From an uncultured Chloroflexia bacterium (GTDB lineage: Bacteria > Chloroflexota > Limnocylindria > QHBO01), in contig CAWCXQ010000007.1 of NCBI GenBank assembly GCA_963799675.1, positions 118,077 to 182,076 of the forward strand: DNA of 64,000 nucleotides. The letters are read 5' to 3'. The notes below the pieces were generated by a model. That model saw only the letters and a list, made by a program, of their open reading frames with translations, searched no databases and had not been told where the DNA came from. How positions within the stretch are numbered: position 1 is the first letter of the stretch; each line of letters opens with the position of its first letter. Below, piece after piece: positions 18,522-27,669 of the stretch. Both the position numbers and the translations under genes were made by a program.

Positions 18522-20555
18522 TCAGGACGGGGCCGCGAAGTACGCGGCGAACACGCGCCGCACGAGCGGAGCCGCGTCGGCCCCGCCGGTGGCCAGGTGA
18601 ACCCTCGCCAGAAGGGTGGTGCCGACGATCGAGGGGTCATCCGCCGGGACGAATCCGGGGAACCAGGCGTCCGGGTCGGGACCGCCCGTCTCCGCGGTCC
18701 CGCTCTTCCCCGCCACCTGGAGCCCGAAGCCGGCGAAGGCGAGATAGCCGGTCCCGTACGGCAGGTTGACGACCGCCTTCAGCGTCTCGACCACGTAGCC
18801 AAGCTGCGCCGGCGTCATCGGGATCTTGCCCTTGATGGCGCTCTTGACGGTCTCGACCACGTGCCCGTCGGGCAGCGTTGCCGCGGTGACCAGTCGCGGC
18901 ACCCAGAGCGTGCCACCGTTGCCGATGGCGGCGTAGGCATTCGTCAGCTGCAATGGCGTGCCAAGGAAGAAGCCCTGGCCGATGCTCATCTGGATCTGGT
19001 CGAACGGCCCATATTCCGCGTTCCGCTCCCGCGCCAGCCACTCGGCGTCGGGGAGGACCCCCGTCTCCTCGACGAGATGCTTCACCCCCGTCGCCTGGCC
19101 GAAGCCAAAGTCGTGGAGAAGCGCCGGAAAGACGGTCGGATCCGCTTGGTACACGGAGAGGCCGAGGGGCATGTAGGTGGTGTTGCAGCTGAAGGCCATC
19201 GCCTCGGCCAGGGAGACGAGGCCGGGCAGCGAGTGGCGCTCGTAGTTCACCGCGGTGAAGTCGGGGCTGTAGGTCCAGGACGGCGGACAGGTGACCAGGG
19301 TGGTGGGCCCCGCAACCCCGCTCTTCAGTGCTGCGGCAAGCGTGAACGGCTTGAACGACGATCCCGCGGGATAGGCGGCCTGCACGGCACGGTTGAGGAT
19401 CTGGGCCGATTGCTGTCGGGCGAGCGGCTGCCCGCTGAACGTGGTGCCCAACGTCATCCCGTTGGGGTTGAAGAGCGGTGCGCTGGCCAGGGCCCAGATA
19501 TCGCCGCTCTTCGGATCGAGCGCGACCGTCGCGGCCTCCGCATACGGAGCGATTGCCGCCTCGGCGGTTGCCTGCAGCCCGGCGCGGAGCGTGATCGTCA
19601 GGTTCGCACCGGGAACGAGATCGCGATGCAGCACCACCTTGCTCGGTCCGTCCGGAGGGACCGCGGTCAGATCGAACCCCGGCGAGCCGCGCAGGAGCGC
19701 ATCCGCCCCGAACTCGAGCCCGCTGCGCCCCACCATGTCGCCGGGCTGGTAGCCCTTCGCGCGCAGACCCGGGAGCTCCTCGGCGGTCACCTCGCTCACG
19801 TAGCCGATCGTCTGGCCTGCGAGCCACTCCTGGGGATAGACGCGCTTGCCGTCCTTGCGCGTCTCCGCGTAGACGGTCTTGTCGAGCCCGATGATCCGTC
19901 CACGCGGCGAAGTCGTGCGGCTGAGCGCAAGTGTTCCGTCGGCGCCAAGCTCCGGGAACAATGCGCCGGGGGTCCAGCGGACCTGCCAGCCGCCGGCGCC
20001 CTGGGTAAGGGTCAGCTCGCGCTCGAGATCCACGGTCCCGAAGAGATCCGTCGTGAAGGCGAGCTGCAGCGGGACCGCCATCGCCGGTACCGGCCCCGGC
20101 AGTGGGGCGGTCGGATCGAAGCTCGCCGCCGGGGACGGCTCCGGGGTCGGGCTGGCGGCGCTGGCGGAGGGGTCGACCGTCGGGCGAGGCGTCGGGGTGG
20201 GCGCGGGCAGGTCGGGCGGCCGCGCCTCGGGAGCGACGCTCGACGGGCGAGCTGCCCCCGCGGTCGCATCCAGAGCGGTCACGCGAGCGAGGTCTGCGAA
20301 GCTGGCGTACAGGTCGGTGAATACACGCTCGGGATACCGCTCGCGGTCGGCTGGGGCGAGAAGCCGGTACATGGCCGCAGGGTCGCCCTCCGCCCACGCC
20401 GCGAGATAGGCCTGCGCCACCGTCCTGGCCGCGTCAGGGGGTGCCACCGGGGCCGGGGTTGGATACGGGGTTGGGCTCGGCTGGTTGATGCCACACGCAG
20501 CGAGCACCAGGCTCACGATCAGCAACGTGAGCGGCAGGCGCCGCCGGGTTCTCAT
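18522..20555 (-). CDS. Class B penicillin-binding protein (lipoprotein, MecA-N-like domain)
   Basis: Lipobox LAAC; GRSGLE; SSFK, SCN and KSGTAE transpeptidase motifs. Confidence 0.9.
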   Translation of the reverse strand: MRTRRRLPLTLLIVSLVLAACGINQPSPTPYPTPAPVAPPDAARTVAQAYLAAWAEGDPAAMYRLLAPADRERYPERVFTDLYASFADLARVTALDATAGAARPSSVAPEARPPDLPAPTPTPRPTVDPSASAASPTPEPSPAASFDPTAPLPGPVPAMAVPLQLAFTTDLFGTVDLERELTLTQGAGGWQVRWTPGALFPELGADGTLALSRTTSPRGRIIGLDKTVYAETRKDGKRVYPQEWLAGQTIGYVSEVTAEELPGLRAKGYQPGDMVGRSGLEFGADALLRGSPGFDLTAVPPDGPSKVVLHRDLVPGANLTITLRAGLQATAEAAIAPYAEAATVALDPKSGDIWALASAPLFNPNGMTLGTTFSGQPLARQQSAQILNRAVQAAYPAGSSFKPFTLAAALKSGVAGPTTLVTCPPSWTYSPDFTAVNYERHSLPGLVSLAEAMAFSCNTTYMPLGLSVYQADPTVFPALLHDFGFGQATGVKHLVEETGVLPDAEWLARERNAEYGPFDQIQMSIGQGFFLGTPLQLTNAYAAIGNGGTLWVPRLVTAATLPDGHVVETVKSAIKGKIPMTPAQLGYVVETLKAVVNLPYGTGYLAFAGFGLQVAGKSGTAETGGPDPDAWFPGFVPADDPSIVGTTLLARVHLATGGADAAPLVRRVFAAYFAAPS

Positions 20556-21271
20556 CGGGCCAGCATCACCCGGCGGAAGCCCTCGGCGGCCCGGTAGCCG
20601 GCGCGCTCACCGAGCTCCTCGGCCCGGCGCCGCAGCCAGCGCGAGAGCTCGTCGAAATCTCGGAACTGGCTGCGGTGGTGGGAGAGCGAGGCAATCTTGC
20701 GGTCAAGCGTCTCGCCGATATCCACGAGCTGGTTCGCCTCGTTGGTGCTCCACAGGTACAGCTCCGCGACCTTCCATGCCGTCACGCCATGGTCGAGCTG
20801 CTCACGGAAGTTGAGCGGATCCCGGGCGGTCGGGAAGACGGCATCCACCACCACCTGCCCCACGGCACGGTGATCGGGGTGGTTGACCCATTCGTTGTTG
20901 ACGAAGAGCACGGTGGGATCGTGGGTCATCACGACCTCCGGCTGGAAGGAGCGGATGGCGTAGGTGACTCGCTCGCGCAACCGGAGCGACGCCTCGACCT
21001 GTCCGTCGGGCTCGTCGAGGAAGTCGACGCCCGCGACCCCGATCTCGGTGGCGGCCGCACGTTGCTCGTCCTCCCGCAGCCGACCGAGGGCGACCGGATC
21101 GGCGGCGGGATCGTCGCTCCCCTTGTCGCCGCGGGTCAGGACCAGGTAGCGGACCGTCGCCCCTTCGTCGATCCAGCGCGCCACGGTGCCGGCGGCCCCG
21201 AACTCGATGTCGTCCGGGTGCGCGGCGGCGACCAGCACGCGGTCGGGGGTGGGCAGCTTGTCGTTCGGCAT
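20552..21271 (-). CDS. PIG-L/LmbE family deacetylase
   Basis: AHPDD, TRGDKG, HPDH, HRSQ. Confidence 0.9.
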   Translation of the reverse strand: MPNDKLPTPDRVLVAAAHPDDIEFGAAGTVARWIDEGATVRYLVLTRGDKGSDDPAADPVALGRLREDEQRAAATEIGVAGVDFLDEPDGQVEASLRLRERVTYAIRSFQPEVVMTHDPTVLFVNNEWVNHPDHRAVGQVVVDAVFPTARDPLNFREQLDHGVTAWKVAELYLWSTNEANQLVDIGETLDRKIASLSHHRSQFRDFDELSRWLRRRAEELGERAGYRAAEGFRRVMLAR

Positions 21272-21293
21272 CGGGTCGGCCCGATCCTAGCAG

Positions 21294-24242
21294 TCACTCG
21301 AGCGAGAGTGTCCGCGCCGCATCGGGATCGAGGAGCAGGGCGGTCCACGGATGGCAGGTGAAGTAGAGGACCTGGTGCCGCCCGGCAAGGTCGCGGATCG
21401 CCATTGCCGCCCGCTCGGCCCGCGCGGAGTCGAAGTTGACGAGGATGTCGTCCATCACCACCGGCAGCGGCTCCGCGTGGCTGGCGAACTCCTCGATGAG
21501 GCCGAAGCGGAGCGCCAGGTAGAGCTGCTCCGCAGTCCCGCGCGACAGCTCCTCGGTGGTGCGACCCTCGCCGCCCTCGGTCTCGACCCGGACACTGGAA
21601 CCGCCAGGGGGTGCCACGATCCGTGAGTACCGACCGCCGGTGAAGCGCTCGAAATGAGACACCGCGGCACGCACGACGTCCGGTTGGCGCTCGCGCTCGT
21701 AGCGCGAACGGGTCTCCTCCAGCAGCCTGAGCGCAACTGCCCGCACGGCCCAGTCGTGACCGATGGCCGCCGCCTGGCCCTCGAGCCCCGCCAGCTCCTG
21801 GCGCCGCTGGCCAAGCTCCTCGGCTGCCTCGAGCTCGCGGATCCGCGCCTCGAGCGCTCCGATTCGGTGCAGGGCGGCGCGCTCCTGCGCCTCGAGCTCT
21901 TCGACGCGATCGTGCGCCTCGGCCTGCCCCGCCTCGATGCTGGCTGCATCCTGGGCTCCGGCCTCCGCAATGAGCGTCGCGACCGCATCGGCGCTCCCGG
22001 CAATTGCCGCCAGGCCGGCGCGCAGCTCGCGTGTGCGGGCGAGGACGACGCGGCGTTCGGCAGCGAGCGTTTCGCGCCGTCGTAGCGCGTCGGGATCAGG
22101 ACAGCCGACGGCGGCCAGGTGCTCTGCGACGGCCGCTTCCGCCGCCGCCACCGCCTCCTGGGCGATCTCCCGTCGCGCGGCCAGCGAGCCCATGGTGGCC
22201 TGCAGCTCGCTCGCCCGGCGATGGTCGGCGCGCGAGCGCTCGAGCTGGTCGACCGCGCCCGCGACGAGCGCCATGCGACGATCGCGATCTTCGCCCGGCG
22301 CGTGCCCGACCGACGCCAGGAACGCATCCACCCGCTCGATGAAGGCCTCGTCGTCGCGCGCCGCCTCTGCCAGCGACCGACGATGCTCGTCCCGCTCGAT
22401 CACCGAGCGGCGGGCGCCGCCCGCCGCGGCCAGGAGCTGGCGTGCCGCTTCCGGAGAGAGGTCGGTCGGCATCGCATGGGCGCTCAGCCAGTCGCGCCAG
22501 CTCCGTTCCGCCTCCTCGACGGCGGCTGCGGTTCGGGCGGCGTCTCGCTCGTGGCGGGCAAGCTGGCTGCGACGCAGGTCGACGGCGGCGGCGCGCTCTC
22601 GAGCGAGCTGCCGGCGGGCACGGGCAGCCGCGAGCTCCTCCGCGGCGCGATACACGCGGGCGTCATCGGCGTCGGGTTCGAGCCCGATGCGCTCCAGGAG
22701 CTGTGCCCGCTCGGCGGCGACACTGGGCAGGGTCCCCAGCCGCCGGGCTCCACGAAGGGCAAGGGCAGCGAGCAGCGCCGCGCCGAGGACGCCGGCGATC
22801 GCGCCGACGAACAGCGCGCCCAGCAACCAGCCGATGGCGAGGGCGGTGACCAGGAGCAGCGCCGCCGCAAGGAGTCCGGCTGGCCGCGAGATCGAGCTCC
22901 GGCCGGCCGCCTCCTCGGCCGCGCGCCGAATCCGCAGCTCGTCGAGCTGTCGGAGCACGGCGGACCGCTCGTCGAGCTGATCATCCGCCTCCGAGGAGTC
23001 TTCCCCGTCAGCGGACTTCGTCTCATCCACGGCCGCGCGCAGCCGTTCCTGCACGCTGGCATTCGCCGCGCGAACCTGCACCATCCTCCGCTCGAGCTCG
23101 CGCGTGGCCTCGGTGCTCGCAATCGAGTCGTCGAGGCTGATCAACCGCGCTTCGTCCCAGCCGCCGACGCGTTCGAGCTGCTCGGTGACGGCGGCCGCGT
23201 GACGCATCTCGGCGGCCTCGAGCTCACGCCGTCGGAGATCGGCCGCGGGGCGTGCCGCCCGCTCGTCGCGAAGCGCAGCGATCTCGTCCCCGGCGGCGAG
23301 CAGGCGCTCGTCGAGCTGCAGGCCGCTGAGCGCGACGCGCGCGGCGTCGACCTGCTCGTCGATCGTGGCGAGGGCCGTACGCGCCTCCGCGACGGCCGCG
23401 AGGCGTCGGTCGAGCACCATGACCGCATCCCGCGGCAGGGCCTCGAGCGTGGGATCGCCTGGCGCCAGGTCGGCGTCGAGCGTCGCGAGCTCCGCGGCGA
23501 GCGGGCCCGCGGTGCGCAGGTTCGCGAGCCGGATTGATCGTTGGCGCCAAGACCGCAGCTCAGCGCGCAGGGTGGCCGTGCGCTCGAGCAGCTCTGCCCG
23601 CTCGCGGTGCGCGGCCGCGTGCTCCTCGGGCTGCCGGGCGAGATCCGCGATCTCGCGCTGAAGCCCCTCGATGCGGGTCAGGAGCACGTTCAAGGGTCGT
23701 TGGCCACGTGGCTTGAAGATCGCGTCCTGGGCCTGCCGCAGGCGGCTCTCCAGGTCAACCGCGCTCGTTCCGCCCAGCCCGGCGCCGGCGCCGTAGATGC
23801 GGCCGCGCACGCCATCGGTGGAGAGCGTGTCGAAGGTCTGCAGCTCGCCAAGGCCGAAGGCGAAGATATTGCGGAAGAGGCCCGCGTCGGCGCCGTGCAG
23901 GAGCCGATCGAGCGTCTCCTGAGCACCCTGGTTGCCATTCGGCGCCCGAACCGCAAGTGCCCCCGCCCCGCCGCGGTCGCCATGCCGCTCCACGGTCCAG
24001 CGCTCTCCCTGCGCGGTGCGCAGGACCAGGCGGCCACCGCGCCGCCCTCCGGCCAGGGCCGGATACCACGTGCGGCCGTCGCGGGTCGGCTCGAAGCCGA
24101 AGAGGAGCGCGCGAAGGCCGTTGAGGAGGGTTGTCTTGCCGGCCTCATTCGCGCCGAGCAGGACGGTCAGCCCATCGTCGAGCGCCCAGTGCGCGTCGTG
24201 GAAGCGGCCGAACCCATCGATCTCGATGCGCTCGATGCGCAT
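21294..24242 (-). CDS. YhaN-like SMC/Rad50-type ATPase with internal TM hairpin
   Basis: GANEAGKTT, long coiled coil, LSRGTAEQLYLALR, MDDILVNFD, FTCH. Confidence 0.88.
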   Translation of the reverse strand: MRIERIEIDGFGRFHDAHWALDDGLTVLLGANEAGKTTLLNGLRALLFGFEPTRDGRTWYPALAGGRRGGRLVLRTAQGERWTVERHGDRGGAGALAVRAPNGNQGAQETLDRLLHGADAGLFRNIFAFGLGELQTFDTLSTDGVRGRIYGAGAGLGGTSAVDLESRLRQAQDAIFKPRGQRPLNVLLTRIEGLQREIADLARQPEEHAAAHRERAELLERTATLRAELRSWRQRSIRLANLRTAGPLAAELATLDADLAPGDPTLEALPRDAVMVLDRRLAAVAEARTALATIDEQVDAARVALSGLQLDERLLAAGDEIAALRDERAARPAADLRRRELEAAEMRHAAAVTEQLERVGGWDEARLISLDDSIASTEATRELERRMVQVRAANASVQERLRAAVDETKSADGEDSSEADDQLDERSAVLRQLDELRIRRAAEEAAGRSSISRPAGLLAAALLLVTALAIGWLLGALFVGAIAGVLGAALLAALALRGARRLGTLPSVAAERAQLLERIGLEPDADDARVYRAAEELAAARARRQLARERAAAVDLRRSQLARHERDAARTAAAVEEAERSWRDWLSAHAMPTDLSPEAARQLLAAAGGARRSVIERDEHRRSLAEAARDDEAFIERVDAFLASVGHAPGEDRDRRMALVAGAVDQLERSRADHRRASELQATMGSLAARREIAQEAVAAAEAAVAEHLAAVGCPDPDALRRRETLAAERRVVLARTRELRAGLAAIAGSADAVATLIAEAGAQDAASIEAGQAEAHDRVEELEAQERAALHRIGALEARIRELEAAEELGQRRQELAGLEGQAAAIGHDWAVRAVALRLLEETRSRYERERQPDVVRAAVSHFERFTGGRYSRIVAPPGGSSVRVETEGGEGRTTEELSRGTAEQLYLALRFGLIEEFASHAEPLPVVMDDILVNFDSARAERAAMAIRDLAGRHQVLYFTCHPWTALLLDPDAARTLSLE

Positions 24243-25567
24243 CAGCGCTCCTCCTCCGCGGCGAGAAGCAGGTCGACGCCGAGCGACTCCGCCTCGGCGA
24301 GCAGGTCGGTGGCGAGCGCCTCGTCCGAGGGTCGGGCAGCGGCAAGGTGGCGCCGGCCGCGGAGCGATTCCTCGAAGAGCGGCGCCACGGCGGATCGCAG
24401 CAGTCCACGCCAGCGCTCGTGCTCATCAGGATCGGTGCTGTCCCTGCTGCGTCGCGCGGCCGCGACGGTCCGCAGGAAGTCTCCGACGAAGTCCGGAGCG
24501 TCGCGGCGGGTCCCGAGATCGATCTCGGGTCGCGTCCCGTCGCGCACCGATTCGACCCATGCGAATGGAGGCGTGAGGCTGCGCTCCTCGTTCAGAAGCT
24601 CGCGGACGTGGTCGAGGTAGCCCGCGCGCGCAAGCGTGGCGTGCAGCAGCCCGCGGCCGACGAGCCGCAGGCGGATCACGAGTGAGCGTCCGTCGGCGGC
24701 CTCCAGCGCGCTCCCGACGGCCTCGCGGCAGGCGCGCATCAGGCCCTCGTCGTCAGCCAGGCTGTCGATCGACACTTCGAGGGGATGCCAGCGCACGACG
24801 TCGGTCGTGACGAAGCGCGGGGTCACCCGGCCCGCAGCATCGACGTCGACGAGGTAGCACCCGCGAGCCCCAAGTTCCCCGGGGTCGCGCCCCTGCGGGA
24901 TCCCGCAGTAGATCGCCGGTGGATCAGCCGCCACCTGGCCCGGCTGGTGGATGTGCCCCAGCGCCCAGTAGTCCATCCCCGACGCGCGCAGGTCCTCGAC
25001 CGAGCAGGGCGCGTAGTTCGCGTGTCCGGGCCGGTCGCCGACGTTGGTGTGCAGCAGGCCGATCGAGAACGGGGCGGCCGGATCTGCCCGGAAGCCGGCG
25101 GCGTAGTTCTCCATGACCGCGGAGCGTGGATAGGAGCGCCCATGGACGCGCGCGATCTCACGGCCATCTCGCAGCACCGGGATCGCACTCACAGCGTCCG
25201 TCCCGAAGCGGTTGACGGCGTCCGGAAAGTCGAGGCTGGGGGCCCAGCTCCGACCGTCCAGCGGATCGTGGTTGCCGTGGACCACGAAGCTGGGGATTCC
25301 GGCGGCCGCCAGCTCGGCAAGCCCGTCGCGAAAGCGCGTCTGGCCGAGGAGTGTCGGAGTGGCGACCTCGAAGACGTCCCCCGCCACGAGGACGAAGTCG
25401 ACGCGCGCCTCGATCGCGGCGCGAACCACCGCACGCCACGCGTCCGTCGTTGCACTCCGAAGGAGGGCCAGGACCTCCAGGGGCGCCTCGGCGCTCAGCC
25501 CCTGGAACGGACTGTCGAGATGAAGATCGCCGGTGTGGAGGAAACGGAAGGGTTCGATCGAGGGCAC
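24242..25567 (-). CDS. YhaO-like Mre11/SbcD metallophosphoesterase nuclease
   Basis: DLHLD, AGDVF, GNHD, YAPC, YWALGHIH, QGR. Confidence 0.9.
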   Translation of the reverse strand: MPSIEPFRFLHTGDLHLDSPFQGLSAEAPLEVLALLRSATTDAWRAVVRAAIEARVDFVLVAGDVFEVATPTLLGQTRFRDGLAELAAAGIPSFVVHGNHDPLDGRSWAPSLDFPDAVNRFGTDAVSAIPVLRDGREIARVHGRSYPRSAVMENYAAGFRADPAAPFSIGLLHTNVGDRPGHANYAPCSVEDLRASGMDYWALGHIHQPGQVAADPPAIYCGIPQGRDPGELGARGCYLVDVDAAGRVTPRFVTTDVVRWHPLEVSIDSLADDEGLMRACREAVGSALEAADGRSLVIRLRLVGRGLLHATLARAGYLDHVRELLNEERSLTPPFAWVESVRDGTRPEIDLGTRRDAPDFVGDFLRTVAAARRSRDSTDPDEHERWRGLLRSAVAPLFEESLRGRRHLAAARPSDEALATDLLAEAESLGVDLLLAAEEER

Positions 25568-25643
25568 CGGCCCAAGCGTAGCCGATGCACGCGACAGCTC
25601 AGCGGTCGCGCGGTGGTGAGATCAGGATCCGCTCAGGGCAACA

Positions 25644-25685
25644 GACGGGCGCCGAGTCCCGCATCAGCAGGACCGGCGTCCCGTC
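25644..25685 (-). terminator. Possible terminator hairpin
   Basis: Imperfect inverted repeat GACGGGCGCCG..GTCC / GGAC..CGGCGTCCCGTC downstream of the small ORF; weak U tract. Confidence 0.4.
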
Positions 25686-25707
25686 GGCGCTGGTCTGGTT
25701 CGCGGCG

Positions 25708-25854
25708 CTAGACCGCGCGGCGACCGGACAGGAGCTGGAAGAGAAGCACGATGGCTGCGATGACCAGCAGGAGGTGGATCAGCCCTCCACCGATTCCGCC
25801 GATCAGACCGAGCAGCCAGAGGACCAGAAGGATGACCAGAATGGTCCAGAGCAT
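25708..25854 (-). CDS. lmo0937/DUF5670-like small membrane protein (48 aa)
   Basis: MLWTILVILLVLWLLGLIGGIGGGLIHLLLVIAAIVLLFQLLSGRRAV; strong SD AAGGAGGT; below the ORF track cutoff. Confidence 0.88.
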   Translation of the reverse strand: MLWTILVILLVLWLLGLIGGIGGGLIHLLLVIAAIVLLFQLLSGRRAV

Positions 25855-25919
25855 CGGTTGCACCTCCTTGTTGTTCCCTCAGCGGGAAGCCGCCTCAATC
25901 GGCAGCAATCTCGATCAAC

Positions 25920-25935
25920 GCACGTCCCGTGCCAA
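25920..25935 (-). promoter_or_regulatory. sigma54-like -24/-12 motif
   Basis: TTGGCACGGGACGTGC (GG-N10-GC), about 65 nt upstream of the small membrane ORF. Confidence 0.45.
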
Positions 25936-25943
25936 AGGCTTGC

Positions 25944-26105
25944 TCAGTCGGCGGGCGGGCGATTTCGCTCGTTGATCAGCTGCACCACCAGCAAGACGGC
26001 CGCGACCACCAGCAGGAGGTTGACCCATTGACCGATGCGGAGCAGGAGCCCGACCAGCCACAGGACCAATACGAGCGCGGTGATGACCCAGATCACGGGC
26101 TGCAC
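25944..26105 (-). CDS. Second DUF5670-like small membrane protein (53 aa)
   Basis: MQPVIWVITALVLVLWLVGLLLRIGQWVNLLLVVAAVLLVVQLINERNRPPAD. Confidence 0.7.
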   Translation of the reverse strand: MQPVIWVITALVLVLWLVGLLLRIGQWVNLLLVVAAVLLVVQLINERNRPPAD

Positions 26106-26109
26106 GCAG

Positions 26110-26199
26110 CTACCGGATCGGGGCGATCACGACCGCGAACGCCAGGACGGCGGCGATCACCAGCAGGCACGCGGCCGTAACGATGGCGGCCTCCTTCAC
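26110..26199 (-). CDS. Putative 29-aa single-TM peptide
   Basis: MKEAAIVTAACLLVIAAVLAFAVVIAPIR; GTGA overlap with the bcp stop. Confidence 0.5.
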   Translation of the reverse strand: MKEAAIVTAACLLVIAAVLAFAVVIAPIR

Positions 26200-26660
26200 C
26201 GGCCAAGGGCCGCCAGCAGCTGATCGACGTGCTCGGCCGGCTTCACCAGGGCGAGGACATTCTCGATCCTTCCGTCGGATCCGATGATGAACGTGCTGCG
26301 CTCGTTGCCGAAATACGAACGCCCCCGGAACGACTTCGCGATCCACACGCCGAACTTCTCGGCCAGCTCGTGGCCACGATCGGAGAGGAGGCGGAAGGGC
26401 AATCCGTACTTCTCACGGAACTTGATGTGCTTCGCGACGCTGTCCGGTGAGACCCCGAAGAGCTTCACACCGGTAGCGGTGACCCGTCCGAAGCTGTCCC
26501 GCAGGCCGCAGGCCTGTGTGGTGCAGCCGGGCGTGTCGTCCTTCGGATAGAAGTAGAGGACATACCGCTCACCGGCGAGCGCGTCGCTCGATACGATGCT
26601 GCCGTCATCCGCGGCCAGGGTGAAGGACGGAGCGGGATCGCCGGGCTGCAGTCGGGACAC
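26196..26660 (-). CDS. bcp: Peroxiredoxin Bcp/PrxQ
   Basis: YFYPKDDTPGCTTQAC, GVSPD, ERSTF; SD GAGGAGG. Confidence 0.93.
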   Translation of the reverse strand: MSRLQPGDPAPSFTLAADDGSIVSSDALAGERYVLYFYPKDDTPGCTTQACGLRDSFGRVTATGVKLFGVSPDSVAKHIKFREKYGLPFRLLSDRGHELAEKFGVWIAKSFRGRSYFGNERSTFIIGSDGRIENVLALVKPAEHVDQLLAALGR

Positions 26661-26693
26661 GGATTCCTCCTCGGGCCATCGTATCCGATTCGG

Positions 26694-27644
26694 TCAGCCC
26701 ATCCCCTCGATGGCGAGGAGCACTGGAGGGAGCACGCGCGGCAGGAGGCGCGCGACCAGCTCCTGCCCCAGCTCGTCGATGAGCCCATCCCCTGCCTCGT
26801 GCAGCCCATGACCCGCGCCGGGAATGAGCCGCAGCTGGGGCCGATCCTCGCTGCCTGCCAGGGCATCCAGCAGCAGGCGGCTCTCGTCCGCATCGACCCA
26901 GACATCGGCTTCTCCATGAACCAGGCTGACAGACCGATGGAGCATGCTGGCCAGCGCGATCGGCGGAGTGTGGATCGCCTGCTCCCAGGCGGCGAGGTTC
27001 AGCTCGACGACGCTTGCGCCGGGGAGATGCACGCCGCGAAGTGGCTCCCGGCGATCCGCCGCCTCGATCAGCTCCTCCGCCGCACGGTCGATCCCCGCGA
27101 CGAGGGGGTGCTGGCGATCGACTCCCGTGCGCGCGCGCTGCGCGACCCCGCGGCGCAGGACGTCTCGAAAGGCCCGGGCCGCAGGCGATACCAGGGTCAG
27201 CGCCCCGACCACCGGGTCCCCGATCGCGACGCTCATCGCTATCGCAGCGCCCTCGCCGTGGCCAAGGATGCCGGTGCGGCGCAGGTCGATGTCGCCCCGG
27301 CCGCGCAGCCAGCCCAGCGCATCCCGAGCGTCGTCGATAAGCGTGAACAGATCGACCTGCTCCCAGTTGCCCTCAGAGCGGCCGCAACCGCGCTTGTCGT
27401 AGCGCAGGCTCGCCACGCCGCGCCCGGCGAGCGCGGCCGCCAGCCGAGCAAGCAGGCCGCGCTCCTCGCCGCGCGCGAACCAGGCTGGATGGCCGGCCCG
27501 ATCCCACCGGCCGTCCCGATCGCGCGCGAGATATGACGGCAGGAGCAGCACCGCTGGGTGCCTGCCCGGTCCGGCCGGGAGCTGCAGCGTCCCGGCGAGC
27601 GTCGCGTCGCCAGCGGGAAACCGCACCTCCTCCGGGCCTGCCAT
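26694..27644 (-). CDS. Alpha/beta hydrolase-fold protein lacking the nucleophile Ser
   Basis: LAGTL, LRYDKRGCGRS, GHGEG, HGEAD, PGAGH. Confidence 0.8.
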   Translation of the reverse strand: MAGPEEVRFPAGDATLAGTLQLPAGPGRHPAVLLLPSYLARDRDGRWDRAGHPAWFARGEERGLLARLAAALAGRGVASLRYDKRGCGRSEGNWEQVDLFTLIDDARDALGWLRGRGDIDLRRTGILGHGEGAAIAMSVAIGDPVVGALTLVSPAARAFRDVLRRGVAQRARTGVDRQHPLVAGIDRAAEELIEAADRREPLRGVHLPGASVVELNLAAWEQAIHTPPIALASMLHRSVSLVHGEADVWVDADESRLLLDALAGSEDRPQLRLIPGAGHGLHEAGDGLIDELGQELVARLLPRVLPPVLLAIEGMG

Positions 27645-27669
27645 GCGCCGAGGGTACACTCCGGCTGGC

